From a plasmid, in the sequence record NZ_CP103154.1: DNA of 64,000 nucleotides, one strand, 5' to 3'. Below are positions 10,270 through 20,172 of the stretch, in pieces. The translations under genes and the position numbers were made by a program. Numbering within the stretch: position 1 is the stretch's first letter; each line of letters starts with the position of its first letter. The notes beneath the pieces are model-generated. The model had not been told where the DNA came from and made no database searches. It saw nothing but the letters and a program-made list of their open reading frames with translations.

Positions 10270-10332
10270 AACCCTATAAGCCGGGCAGGACAGTTTTACA
10301 CAACTAATCCTATCCGGCTTTTTTCTGTAGAA
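10270..10332 (+). terminator. rho-independent terminator-like hairpin with T-run after the Crp-like gene; loop carries one iteron-like sequence
   Basis: AGCCGGG...CCGGCTTTTTTCT; loop contains GACAGTTTTACACAACTA. Confidence 0.45.
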
Positions 10333-10574
10333 TTATTCCACACCTGCCGGTTTACGGCACATGTATTTTTTAATGCACATTAAATAAACACGAAAGGCCC
10401 TTTAAAAGCCCTTCATAAAATTTGTCCTCCCGTATATAATCTATATGTTTGGAGCGAAAACAACGCGATAAGCACCTTGATTCGGTTCTGCCGACAGGAA
10501 TCCGCGTAAATTGGAAACACCGTATGAGACAAATAGAAAAATATATAACATTAATAACCTAAAGAGTAATTCCC

Positions 10575-11153
10575 ATGGAACACATCAGACTGACTGCTAT
10601 CAGCCTTAGCCTGCTGTTATGCACCGTAAGCGCTTTTGCGCAACGCCATTATGAGAACATCCCGGCACTTGAATTGAACTACGGCACTAACCTGTTCGGC
10701 AATGCAGGCAACTATTACAACCTGTCCTTTTCCAGATACATCAACCGGACAAGCTATTGGAAAGCCGGGTTTAGCTATTTTGAGAAACCTTACGAATATA
10801 CAGCCAACCTACCGCAAGTCTCTACCTTGAACCCGGAAGAAACGATTCCCGAAACGATACATGACAAGGGTAAGGACTTTTTTGTGGACGGCGGTTATTA
10901 CAGAACCCTGGCCTGCAACCTGAAATCCGTTTACTGGGGCATCGGCCTGGGAGGATTCATCGGTACAGAATACGTCCGCCACCCCGATAAGGAATACAAC
11001 TTCATCATCGGCCCGAAACTGGAAACGGAACTGGAAGTATTCATCCTGCCCCGAACGGCATTGCTTGCCCGCATACAACAACATTGGAATCCCCTATCCA
11101 TTGACAAGTGGAACACTGTCTGGAACGTAGGAATAAAGATACTGCTCTACTAA
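10575..11153 (+). CDS. secreted/outer-membrane protein (signal peptide; C-terminal aromatic residue)
   Basis: N-terminal MEHIRLTAISLSLLLCTVSAFAQ signal peptide; ends ...GIKILLY. Confidence 0.55.
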   Translation: MEHIRLTAISLSLLLCTVSAFAQRHYENIPALELNYGTNLFGNAGNYYNLSFSRYINRTSYWKAGFSYFEKPYEYTANLPQVSTLNPEETIPETIHDKGKDFFVDGGYYRTLACNLKSVYWGIGLGGFIGTEYVRHPDKEYNFIIGPKLETELEVFILPRTALLARIQQHWNPLSIDKWNTVWNVGIKILLY

Positions 11154-11171
11154 CCGACAAATCATATCACC

Positions 11172-11384
11172 ATGCTTATTATCATATTGTTAGCCGATAC
11201 AAATGTATCCGGCCTGATCTCCTTATACCGTGAAATAGGCGCCATGCTGATAGGGGTAGGCTTTCTATGTGCCGGACTAGCGGTACTTAAAAAGCTGATA
11301 AGCAACCACGAGCGCACCAAAGAGGCCATCATCACCTATATCACGGCATTGGTCACTTGGCTCATTATCTGGCAACTCTTATGA
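11172..11384 (+). CDS. small membrane protein
   Basis: 70 aa with two hydrophobic helices. Confidence 0.4.
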   Translation: MLIIILLADTNVSGLISLYREIGAMLIGVGFLCAGLAVLKKLISNHERTKEAIITYITALVTWLIIWQLL

Positions 11385-11725
11385 ACGTAGTGGATTTGAT
11401 ACTGGTTGCCATACTCGCCTGTGTCACGCTTCACTTTTACTTTCGGAAAAAGAAGAAAGCACTTTCTTCCGGAAAGGAGAAAGAGAAGCCGATAAGGGAG
11501 GCGGTGCGCAAGGAAGGGCAGGAGAGAGCCTGTCCGGTCATCTGCGTGGTATTTCAGCCTGAGCTGGAAGAAGAGGAATTGGCTGCCGAGATAGCCGATA
11601 TGTACCTGCATGGAAGAGCCTACTACTACTCAGGCAAACCACTGCCGGAACAGCCGAAAGAAGAGCCCATATCCATCAAGTATAAGGATGTGCAATGGGA
11701 GAGACTGAAAACGATTCATGTTTAA
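11381..11725 (+). CDS. small membrane-anchored protein (possible TraD-like)
   Basis: Start at MNVVDLILVAILA (TM helix) followed by a Lys/Glu-rich region; position between membrane ORFs and traE. Confidence 0.4.
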   Translation: MNVVDLILVAILACVTLHFYFRKKKKALSSGKEKEKPIREAVRKEGQERACPVICVVFQPELEEEELAAEIADMYLHGRAYYYSGKPLPEQPKEEPISIKYKDVQWERLKTIHV

Positions 11726-11743
11726 TTAAAAAATAGGAACAAA

Positions 11744-12088
11744 ATGAAAGCAATCGAAAATGTAAGAGAAAAAGCGAACCAAGTCATTAACCGCTATGGA
11801 AAGGTTATCTTCACCTTTCTCATATTCTTCACGCTGTTGGGAACGGCACAAGTGGCGGAGGCACAAAGCGGCCTGAAGATTAACAGCCTATCCGAAGTGA
11901 CAGACAAAGCCAAAGAGGGTGCGGACACCATTCTGGACGTAGCCAAATACATTTTGGCGGCGGTACTCGGCATCGCTCTGGTCTTTGTCATCTATTCGCT
12001 TGCCACGAACAATCCCCATGCCAAGGAATACCTGCTCGGCTGGATCATCGCCGTGGTAGTCATCATGGTAGCCTTCCTGATTATCTAA
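11744..12088 (+). CDS. traE: conjugative transfer protein TraE-like (small membrane protein)
   Basis: 114 aa, N-terminal signal/TM and C-terminal TM, immediately before traF and traG. Confidence 0.65.
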   Translation: MKAIENVREKANQVINRYGKVIFTFLIFFTLLGTAQVAEAQSGLKINSLSEVTDKAKEGADTILDVAKYILAAVLGIALVFVIYSLATNNPHAKEYLLGWIIAVVVIMVAFLII

Positions 12089-12100
12089 AAACGAAGAGCC

Positions 12101-12412
12101 ATGAGAACCATGCGTAAAATCAACAAGCCGATCAAGTTCTTCGGTCTGTCATCGGGACAGTTCGCCATCTTCATGCTGCTGACGGCCATCATCATCATCG
12201 TGAGCATATTCAAGCAGCTGCACCCGATACTCATCATCGGAATCATTTCCGCCATTCTGTTTCTATCCGGTCTGCTGTTCCAAACCTTGAAAAAGGAACA
12301 CAAGGCCGGTAACCCGGACTACCTGACCGGCCTCCGGATCAAGAACGCCACCCCCCGGCAGATAACGGACAAACGGCAGATTTTCAAATTCATCCTAAAA
12401 CAGCAACCATGA
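12101..12412 (+). CDS. traF: conjugative transfer protein TraF-like (small membrane protein)
   Basis: 103 aa, two TM helices; stop overlaps the traG start (ATGA). Confidence 0.65.
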   Translation: MRTMRKINKPIKFFGLSSGQFAIFMLLTAIIIIVSIFKQLHPILIIGIISAILFLSGLLFQTLKKEHKAGNPDYLTGLRIKNATPRQITDKRQIFKFILKQQP

Positions 12413-15015
12413 TAGGAATCATCATACTCATATCCCTGCTAATCTGTGCGCTGTGCCTGCTGATTGCTCTGCTGTATATCCGGCAGACAGAGATAGAGGT
12501 GAAGGACAAATCCGTGGATCTGGAAAGTGTCTTGCCTATCCAGACCATCACGGAGAACGCCGTCATCAACGGGAACGGTGACATCACCGTCGGCTACCGG
12601 CTGCTTCTGCCCGAAGTGTTCACCTTGTCGGAAAGCGAGGCGCAATACATCCATGAGCGGTTGGAGGCTCTTTTGAAGCTGCTTCCGGCAGGCACGGTCA
12701 TCCATCAGCAGAATTTCTACTATACGGGGCGATACCATCATGCAGAATACTCTTCCAATGCCCTGATAGCGGAGAACAACCGTCATTTCAACGGCAAGGA
12801 GATACTGAACAGTTACACCAACCTGTATGTGACGTTCACGAACGGCAGCCGAAACGGTAAGATACGCAAAAGCGCATCGGGCACCTCGCTGATGCGAAAG
12901 CTGCACTACCCGTTCAAGCAACCTTATAAGGAATATCAGCAACGGCTGACAGAAATGGAAGCCTTTCTGATGAACTTTGAGAACGGTTTGTCGTCCATCC
13001 AGCAGTTTGAGATACGCAAGATGGATGATACGGAACTGAACAACGCCATCTACGACTACGTCAACCTCTCTTACGAGACACCGGAAAACGATGCCACGCA
13101 GAAGAGCGTCAACCCTATGGCTGTCAGTGAAAGCGGAAGCATGAAAATAGGGCAGCAGCACGTTTCCATCCTTTCGCTGACCAACGAAGGCGAGCATCTT
13201 CAGGAACTGGCCGTGCCGCACACCGGCAAGTCGAAGGCATACGGGGGAAACATAGAGATACCGGACAGCATACGGAGCAAATGCTCGATGCTGTACCCCG
13301 TAGGACTTGGCCTGCCGTTCAACCACATCGTAAACATCGTGATAGAGATAACCGATCCAGATGCCACCGTAACGGCCATCGGTGCGGAGAAAGACGCGCT
13401 GAACTACATCACCAACTTCTACCCTCCGGCGGCAGAGAAGCAACGCGAGCAGGCAGCCTTCTGCGATGAGATTACCCAGTTCGACTACCAGACCGCCTAT
13501 ACCGCCTTCAATGTCGTGCTGAACGATACAGACCGCACCTCGCTCATGCGGAAAACCGCACTGGTACAGCAAGGCTTCAGCTTTATGAACCAAAGTTCGT
13601 GCTATGTGGAGAACGCCGAGCTGTGCAACCTGTTCTTCTGCAACATACCCGGCAATGCCAGGGCCAATTACCGGGGCTTCGTCAACACGACCAAGCAGGC
13701 CATCTGCTATCTGCAAAAAGAGGGGATGTACCTTTCGGACGAGAAAGGGCATATCTACCATGACCGTTTCGGTACTCCCGCCAAGATAAACCTCTGGGAT
13801 TATCCGGCGCTGAACAACAAGAACCGCATCGTTATCGGCCCGTCCGGTTCCGGTAAATCTTTCTGGCTGAACAATTACATCCTGCAAAGCTATGAGCTGG
13901 GCCGGGATGTGATGATCATTGACATCGGCGGCTCTTACCGCTCGATGATAGCCTTGAACCGGGGCAAATACTTCGACTCTACCGAGCAGAAGAAATTTGC
14001 GTTCAACCCCTTCTTGTGTGACCGTGACAAGAACGGCAAATACCTGTACATCGACACCACGGATGCCGAGTCTGCCGATGACCAGATAAAGACCATCGTC
14101 GCCATTATCAGCTACATTTGGAAGGTACGTGAACCCATGCTGCCTGCCGAAAACGCCATTCTCAGGAAATCCGTCATCGGATTTTACGACTATGTGAACA
14201 ATTCTTCAATAGGAGAGAAGCATGAGCGTATCTTCCCGACGCTGATAACTTACCGGGCTTATCTGAAGGAAGTGTTCAGCAAACGGATGACCGAGTTTGA
14301 GAAACAGAAATTCGAGATAGAGGAGCTGTTGCTTTTACTGGAACCCTATACGGACGGAGAGCTGTCATTCCTGCTGAACGCTACCGAGAACGTGGATATC
14401 GTGCATGACCGGCTGATAGCCTTCGATATGGAAGATGCCTCTAAGAAAGAGTACTTTCCACTCGTTGCCATCATCACCCTGCAAATGATCGTGGATAAAA
14501 TCAAGAAACGCCAGGGGTTTGCCAAAGAGCTAATCATCGACGAAGCACTCGACTTCCTGCAAGACGAGAAATTCGGAGACTTCATCGCCTACCTGTACCG
14601 AACCTTCCGTAAAAAGGAGGGAAGCATCACGCTGGCCGCACAGAACATCCTGTTTTTGAAAAACATGCCGTCCAGTATCAAGGACTCCATCATCATCAAC
14701 TGCGCGACCAAGATTATCCTCGACCATTCAGAACACCGGCAGAACCTGCCGGAAGTGAAAGCCGTGCTTTCCATCACGGACGAAGAGGCCTATATGATCG
14801 AGTCGTTGCAGCGCACGGAACGCTGGAGAGAGTTTTTCATCAAGATGTCGAACGATGCCTTCATCTTCCGCAACGAGGTGTCCGACTTCGCCGCCGTAGC
14901 CTTCGATTCGCGCCAGGCGACAGTAGTACGACTGAAGCAGTTGTTCAACGAAAGCGGCTCGACCTATACGGCCATCAACCGCTATCTGGAGGAAAGGAGG
15001 AAAAAGTATGGATGA
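12409..15015 (+). CDS. traG: conjugative transfer ATPase TraG (VirB4 family)
   Basis: 868 aa; N-terminal TM; Walker A IVIGPSGSGKSFWLNN; size and position typical of Bacteroidales TraG. Confidence 0.9.
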   Translation: MIGIIILISLLICALCLLIALLYIRQTEIEVKDKSVDLESVLPIQTITENAVINGNGDITVGYRLLLPEVFTLSESEAQYIHERLEALLKLLPAGTVIHQQNFYYTGRYHHAEYSSNALIAENNRHFNGKEILNSYTNLYVTFTNGSRNGKIRKSASGTSLMRKLHYPFKQPYKEYQQRLTEMEAFLMNFENGLSSIQQFEIRKMDDTELNNAIYDYVNLSYETPENDATQKSVNPMAVSESGSMKIGQQHVSILSLTNEGEHLQELAVPHTGKSKAYGGNIEIPDSIRSKCSMLYPVGLGLPFNHIVNIVIEITDPDATVTAIGAEKDALNYITNFYPPAAEKQREQAAFCDEITQFDYQTAYTAFNVVLNDTDRTSLMRKTALVQQGFSFMNQSSCYVENAELCNLFFCNIPGNARANYRGFVNTTKQAICYLQKEGMYLSDEKGHIYHDRFGTPAKINLWDYPALNNKNRIVIGPSGSGKSFWLNNYILQSYELGRDVMIIDIGGSYRSMIALNRGKYFDSTEQKKFAFNPFLCDRDKNGKYLYIDTTDAESADDQIKTIVAIISYIWKVREPMLPAENAILRKSVIGFYDYVNNSSIGEKHERIFPTLITYRAYLKEVFSKRMTEFEKQKFEIEELLLLLEPYTDGELSFLLNATENVDIVHDRLIAFDMEDASKKEYFPLVAIITLQMIVDKIKKRQGFAKELIIDEALDFLQDEKFGDFIAYLYRTFRKKEGSITLAAQNILFLKNMPSSIKDSIIINCATKIILDHSEHRQNLPEVKAVLSITDEEAYMIESLQRTERWREFFIKMSNDAFIFRNEVSDFAAVAFDSRQATVVRLKQLFNESGSTYTAINRYLEERRKKYG

Positions 15016-15229
15016 CGCCACCCAAGGGCTGACCGCCCTTCTAGGCTGGTCAACCGACTTCAACGGCAGCGCATACAATCTTGCCGGAAGCATTGCCGCC
15101 GCACTTTTGGGCGTTGCGCTCATTTTCGTGGTATGGGCACTCGCCACGAAAAAGGAAAATGCCAAGAGCTATCTGACAGCCTGGCTGGTATGTGTCATAT
15201 TCACCCTATTATTCATCACCAACAAATAA
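15008..15229 (+). CDS. TraE-like small membrane protein paralog
   Basis: 73 aa; C-terminal ...ENAKSYLTAWLVCVIFTLLF resembles TraE ...NPHAKEYLLGWIIAVVVIMVAF. Confidence 0.5.
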   Translation: MDDATQGLTALLGWSTDFNGSAYNLAGSIAAALLGVALIFVVWALATKKENAKSYLTAWLVCVIFTLLFITNK

Positions 15230-15234
15230 CCGTC

Positions 15235-15831
15235 ATGAAAAGAATCATTCTCATACTCGGACTTGCCGCCTCGATAGGGCTGATGGGAACCGGCAGTGTT
15301 CATGCCCAGTTCGTCGTGCATGATCCCGGCCACACCCTGCTGAACTCAACGGAATGGATCGCCAATGTCAAGAAATGGGTTACACAAATCAATGAAATGA
15401 TCGATGCCCAGGAACTGCGGCTCGGCCTGCAAAAGATCGACCAGTTGAAGGAACTCAAATCATTGAAAGAGCTTGCCGACCTGCTGGACGACGTAGCCTG
15501 CCTGAGCAGCGACTACAGCTTTTACCTGAACGTAGGATCGAATTACCACTGCCTGAAATTTCTCAACTTTCAGCGTGTGACCGTCAATCTGAGCCTGAGT
15601 ACCGACCTGCTGTTCAAGGTGGCCACCGTGACCAGTTACTTCTCGATGAACTCGGAAGGGCGCATGTCCTTTATCGAGCAGGTGAAGGAATCGGTGGAAA
15701 AAGCCGCCGAAGAGATGCGTGAGTTTAACGAATCCGTGCGTTCCACGGTCATTTACAAATCCATGAAGGGGCATAACCGGAAGACCTATTACCAGGGACG
15801 GTTGGCCGCTTTCACACGACACACCAATTAA
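15235..15831 (+). CDS. traI: TraI-like secreted protein
   Basis: Start reset to MKRIILILGLAASIGLMGTGSVHAQ (signal peptide); position after traG. Confidence 0.55.
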   Translation: MKRIILILGLAASIGLMGTGSVHAQFVVHDPGHTLLNSTEWIANVKKWVTQINEMIDAQELRLGLQKIDQLKELKSLKELADLLDDVACLSSDYSFYLNVGSNYHCLKFLNFQRVTVNLSLSTDLLFKVATVTSYFSMNSEGRMSFIEQVKESVEKAAEEMREFNESVRSTVIYKSMKGHNRKTYYQGRLAAFTRHTN

Positions 15832-15837
15832 AGCGTT

Positions 15838-16893
15838 ATGAATCAAGATAATTTTCTCTGGGGACTTCAGATCACGGACGGTCTGACGATGGAACTCGTT
15901 TCGCAAATGACAGTCATCGCCTTCGGTGTTGGTGTCATCTGCTTTATCTGCAACCTAGCATACAACTATCTCTATCACGGAGCCAGCCAGCTGTTAAGCC
16001 CGAATGAGGACAAATTTCCCGACATGATGGAAATCGCCCGTTGCCTGGTACTGTTCTTCTGCCTAAGCATATACACCCCCATCGCCCAAACCATCGTAGG
16101 CACGATGGAAGTAATCAACGAAGCCACCTCGCTGACCTCCGAGCGTGCGCAGGAATTTGCCCAGTTCATGGCACAATCAGCCATCGAACAAGGAGAGATG
16201 ATTGCCGAATACGACAAACACAGCCTCCAGTCGGAGGTAGCAGCCGGAGAAGACAGCACCGGCGCCATGCAGCACGAACTGGATAAAAAGATGGAAGAGG
16301 ACGAAATGACCGGTGTACGCTCCAGCGTGGAGAAGATTGTGCAGCTGCTCAACCCCGCCAACCTCGCCACCCTTGTGCTTCATGGCATTTCCGCCCTATT
16401 GGTAGGAATCATACAAGTAGTCATCTTGGGTATCGGCGTGGTCATTGTCAAGCTACTGGTCATTCTCGGCCCGTTTGTCTTTGCCGTAAGCATGTTGCCG
16501 GTCTTTCAGAAACAGTTGAGTATCTGGTTCGGTACGCTCTGCTCCGCCTGTATGGTATTCACCGTCATCAATATTCTGAACCAAATCATATGGCAGACCT
16601 TCAAGGCCATCTATACGGAAAGTGCCGACATGGTGGACGCAGCTACGCAGCAGATACAATATTTAGGAATGGATCTCGCCCTGATTGGTGCTTATTGCAG
16701 CTGTTTCTGGCTATCCTCCAAAATCGTAGGACACAGCGATGCCGGGAAAATCATTTCGAAAACCGTGTCAATCGTCACCACGGCGGCCACCATCGCCCTG
16801 ATGGGAGGCGCAGCGGCAGGCGGCAAGCTGACCAACGTAGGCGGTGCCGCCTCTATCGGGGCAAGTTTCATAAACGACAACAATAAAAAATAG
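15838..16893 (+). CDS. traJ: TraJ-like polytopic membrane protein
   Basis: 351 aa with multiple TM helices and a Gly/Ala-rich C-terminus; tra operon position. Confidence 0.7.
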   Translation: MNQDNFLWGLQITDGLTMELVSQMTVIAFGVGVICFICNLAYNYLYHGASQLLSPNEDKFPDMMEIARCLVLFFCLSIYTPIAQTIVGTMEVINEATSLTSERAQEFAQFMAQSAIEQGEMIAEYDKHSLQSEVAAGEDSTGAMQHELDKKMEEDEMTGVRSSVEKIVQLLNPANLATLVLHGISALLVGIIQVVILGIGVVIVKLLVILGPFVFAVSMLPVFQKQLSIWFGTLCSACMVFTVINILNQIIWQTFKAIYTESADMVDAATQQIQYLGMDLALIGAYCSCFWLSSKIVGHSDAGKIISKTVSIVTTAATIALMGGAAAGGKLTNVGGAASIGASFINDNNKK

Positions 16894-16897
16894 AACT

Positions 16898-17596
16898 ATG
16901 AATCTGATGAAATTCAAAGGAGCAGATGATGCGGTCAAGCTGACTATCCGGCTTTCAGCCGGGTACTGCATCATTCTGACTATCGCTTTTGCCAGCAGTA
17001 TCATCTTCCTTATCAACAAAATAGAAAAAGCATACGGCCAGGCTCTCGTCATCGACAGGCAGGGAGAAGTCTATGAGGCAAGCAGCCTGTCTGCCAGCGA
17101 TATGCGGCAATACGAATACATGAACCATGTAAAGACCTTCGTAACCCACTGGTATGCCTTTGACGAGAGCAGCTACGAGAAGAACATTTCGCTTGCGCTC
17201 AACCTCATAGGCAACAAGGGGAAGGAGCTGTTGAACGAGTACAACGATGTGAATATGCTGAACTCACTCATACAAAAGAATATCCGTTACGGGGTACGCA
17301 TCAAGGATGTAGAGATTAACACACAAACGATACCCGTTTCCGGAAAGATAATCTTCACGCAGACCGGGTACCGGGCACGGGGAAGCATCTCACGTAATAT
17401 CGAAGCGGAGTTCACCATCTATGATATGCTGTCCCGCAGCGAGGAAAATGCGCACGGAGCCAAGATAGAAGATTGGATTGTCCGCTATTCCGAACCCGTG
17501 GAAAGCAACGGCACCAACACATCGCAGGCAGCTTCTCCGGGCAAGAATGAAAACCAGTCAGAAACCTCTAAACCAACCGACCATGGAACCGAATAA
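16898..17596 (+). CDS. traK: TraK-like protein (N-terminal TM anchor)
   Basis: 232 aa, single N-terminal TM (YCIILTIAFASSIIFLI); tra operon position. Confidence 0.65.
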   Translation: MNLMKFKGADDAVKLTIRLSAGYCIILTIAFASSIIFLINKIEKAYGQALVIDRQGEVYEASSLSASDMRQYEYMNHVKTFVTHWYAFDESSYEKNISLALNLIGNKGKELLNEYNDVNMLNSLIQKNIRYGVRIKDVEINTQTIPVSGKIIFTQTGYRARGSISRNIEAEFTIYDMLSRSEENAHGAKIEDWIVRYSEPVESNGTNTSQAASPGKNENQSETSKPTDHGTE

Positions 17597-18866
17597 ACTT
17601 ATCAAAGACAAGAACAAGCTGTTGATGGCCATCCCGGTAATCCTGGGCATCCTCTTCCTTTATGTATTCTTCATCCGTGAGGACGGGAACGTGCCGTCAG
17701 GGAGTGACAGACAGGCCGCCTCGCAAGCCTTTTTGGAACCACAGTCGGAAATGGCCGACAAGGTGAACGACAAGATGGAAGCCTATAAGCAGGACAAACT
17801 GGAAGAGCAGGAGAAGGCACGCATCCTGAAAGAGTCTCAGGTCAAAGGATCTGATTTTTACTTCGAGCTGCAAAACCAGCAGGAGCGGTATGACCGTGCC
17901 ACACTGGAGCGCATCCGCCGTATGCAGAACGATCCGTACAGCGAAGTCATGGCAGAATACGGAGGTGGCCGGAACGGACGCTTCTCTCATCAGCTGGAAA
18001 GCCAACTGGACGGACTGGAGGACGAGCAGGCGCTCAACGAGATTATCCGGGAAGCCAAGAAGAACTCACGCATCCGCAAGGAACTGGAAGAATCCGACAA
18101 ATACCGCAAGCGCATGTATGAACGGATTGTCAATTATGACCAAGAGGGAAAAACGGAGAAAGCCGCTGCCAACCCTTCCGGCCATCCATCCGCCGACAGC
18201 CTGATGCAAAAAGGCCCGATCTACCATGCCGAAAACGGCAAGCGGGTACGCCGCCAACCGACCTCCGCACCGGGAAACAGCAACCTCTTCAGGGCTTGCA
18301 TCCACGGCGACCAGACCGTAGTCACGGGCAGTACGGTACGGATGCGGTTGCTTCAGGACGTAACCCTATCCGGCATGAAGATACCGGCCAACACGCTGTT
18401 TTACGGTATCGCCACTTTGGGAGCCAACCGCCTCGATGTGGTAGTCAGCAACCTGAAGGTAGGAGACAACCTCAATCCCGTATCGGTGGTTGTCTTCGAC
18501 AATGATGCCATGGAAGGTTTGAACCTGCCCAATAACCTGAAAGCCAGTGCAGCCAAGCGTATGGAACAAGGTCTTGTACAGAACATTGACATGCCGCTCT
18601 CTTCCATCGGCACGATGGCCAGCGAAGTGACCAGCGTAGTCAACGCCACCACCCAGGTAGCCAAGCAAATCTTGAACATGAGCCTCTCACAAGTGAAGGT
18701 ACATCTCAAGTCCAACTACGAAATGTATATCCAAGAAGAGAGTCAGGAATCGAAGTTGCGTAGGCAAGCCGTGCAAGCGGAGTTACAGAAGCTCTATGAG
18801 CAAATGGAACAAGAGAAAACGAACAAGAAAAATCATCCCCTTCAAACATTGATAGACAAATTATGA
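17583..18866 (+). CDS. traM: TraM-like protein
   Basis: Start at MEPNKLIKDK overlapping the traK stop; N-terminal TM then a coiled-coil-rich and a Gly-rich C-terminal domain; about 427 aa. Confidence 0.65.
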   Translation: MEPNKLIKDKNKLLMAIPVILGILFLYVFFIREDGNVPSGSDRQAASQAFLEPQSEMADKVNDKMEAYKQDKLEEQEKARILKESQVKGSDFYFELQNQQERYDRATLERIRRMQNDPYSEVMAEYGGGRNGRFSHQLESQLDGLEDEQALNEIIREAKKNSRIRKELEESDKYRKRMYERIVNYDQEGKTEKAAANPSGHPSADSLMQKGPIYHAENGKRVRRQPTSAPGNSNLFRACIHGDQTVVTGSTVRMRLLQDVTLSGMKIPANTLFYGIATLGANRLDVVVSNLKVGDNLNPVSVVVFDNDAMEGLNLPNNLKASAAKRMEQGLVQNIDMPLSSIGTMASEVTSVVNATTQVAKQILNMSLSQVKVHLKSNYEMYIQEESQESKLRRQAVQAELQKLYEQMEQEKTNKKNHPLQTLIDKL

Positions 18867-19063
18867 TAGACATTCTCAATTACCTGCTTGCGCTGTCAGC
18901 GGTCTTTTTCGGCTATCGGATCTACGTATCACGCCGGAACGGACGAGCCTTTAAAGAAATCCGTCCGCTGACCGTTTCTTTCGGCATTACCCTGCTTCTT
19001 CTATGGGGCATTACCGTATTCACCGCCTTTTTTCAAGAACCGTTTAACATATCGACAACATGA
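18863..19063 (+). CDS. small membrane protein
   Basis: 66 aa, two TM helices; overlaps the traM stop and traN start. Confidence 0.4.
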   Translation: MIDILNYLLALSAVFFGYRIYVSRRNGRAFKEIRPLTVSFGITLLLLWGITVFTAFFQEPFNISTT

Positions 19064-20172
19064 AGAAATATATTTATCTACTGTTTTACTGCTTTGTGTG
19101 CAGTCTGCCGCTCTTCGCTCAGGAAAACGGCACTCCCCGGAAACAAGCCATCAGCCAAAAAGACATCTTTATCTCTTTCGACTGTGTGAAACACCTGGTA
19201 TTTCCTGTGCAAGTATCTGATATCGCCATCGGCGAACAGGAGCTTGTCATGGCCAGCCGGGTAGAAGAGGCGCCCCATATCGTCAGGCTCTCGGCGCAAG
19301 CGGAAGGATTCACCGAAGAGACCAACCTGACCGTAGTCTGCATCGACGGAAGCGTTTACACCTATCACATCCGCTACCTTCCCGAAGGCGGCACGGATTC
19401 GTACCCGAACATTTACGAGGACAACGGGAAATGGCAGCACCATGACTATCAGGCAGAAGTCAGCGACCTCCATCTGGCCGAGTTCTTCTTTCCGGAGGAC
19501 ATCGCTTACGGAACGCCCGGCAACGAGGTGTCCTTCACTCTGGCCGCCTACAACAACCAGTTGAAAGTATCAACCGCCAAAGATGCCGTGGCATATTCCA
19601 ACCTGTTTGTGGTGGATAAGGCCATGAACACTTACCACATCACCATCAAACGGGGCAATACCTCCGTATTCACCTACAATTTTGATGACCAGCGCAAATA
19701 TACCGCCCATGTGGATGTGAACAGCGAGGAAATGGAAAGATGCATCCAAGAGCTGCGCACCAAGAAGCGCAACATCTACAGCCTGGGGGTCATCGAGAAC
19801 AAGTTTGAGTTGTCAATGGCCAATCTGTATGTGCATGAGGACTTCATGTTTTTCATCTTTGACCTGAAAAACAAATCATACATCGACTACGACATCGAGT
19901 TTGTCAAATGTTTCCAGCGTGACCAAAAGAAGAGCAAGAACGCCATCCAGCAAGAAACGACCATCGAACCTATCTATCAGAAAGATTTTGATACGAAAAT
20001 CAAGGGCAAGAGCCGGAACCGGCTGATACTTGGTTTCGACAAATTCACGATACCCGATGATAAGGTATTCGAGATCGAGATTTACGAGCGAAACGGCGGG
20101 CGGCACATCAAGCTGGCCGTGTTGAACGAATACATCCTTTCCGCAGAACCCTTATACAAGCCACAGCCATGA
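19060..20172 (+). CDS. traN: TraN-like secreted protein
   Basis: 370 aa with signal peptide MKKYIYLLFYCFVCSLPLFAQ; tra operon position. Confidence 0.65.
   Translation: MKKYIYLLFYCFVCSLPLFAQENGTPRKQAISQKDIFISFDCVKHLVFPVQVSDIAIGEQELVMASRVEEAPHIVRLSAQAEGFTEETNLTVVCIDGSVYTYHIRYLPEGGTDSYPNIYEDNGKWQHHDYQAEVSDLHLAEFFFPEDIAYGTPGNEVSFTLAAYNNQLKVSTAKDAVAYSNLFVVDKAMNTYHITIKRGNTSVFTYNFDDQRKYTAHVDVNSEEMERCIQELRTKKRNIYSLGVIENKFELSMANLYVHEDFMFFIFDLKNKSYIDYDIEFVKCFQRDQKKSKNAIQQETTIEPIYQKDFDTKIKGKSRNRLILGFDKFTIPDDKVFEIEIYERNGGRHIKLAVLNEYILSAEPLYKPQP

Noticed and set aside
12439-13887. 482-aa ORF antisense to traG
   Set aside because: It lies entirely within and opposite the VirB4-like gene, which has clear Walker motifs. 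The stop-free antisense frame is explained by the codon composition of the sense gene, and the ORF has no motifs of its own.
15460-15906. 148-aa ORF antisense to traI/traJ
   Set aside because: It overlaps two well-supported plus-strand genes, and its composition is typical of an antisense shadow ORF.
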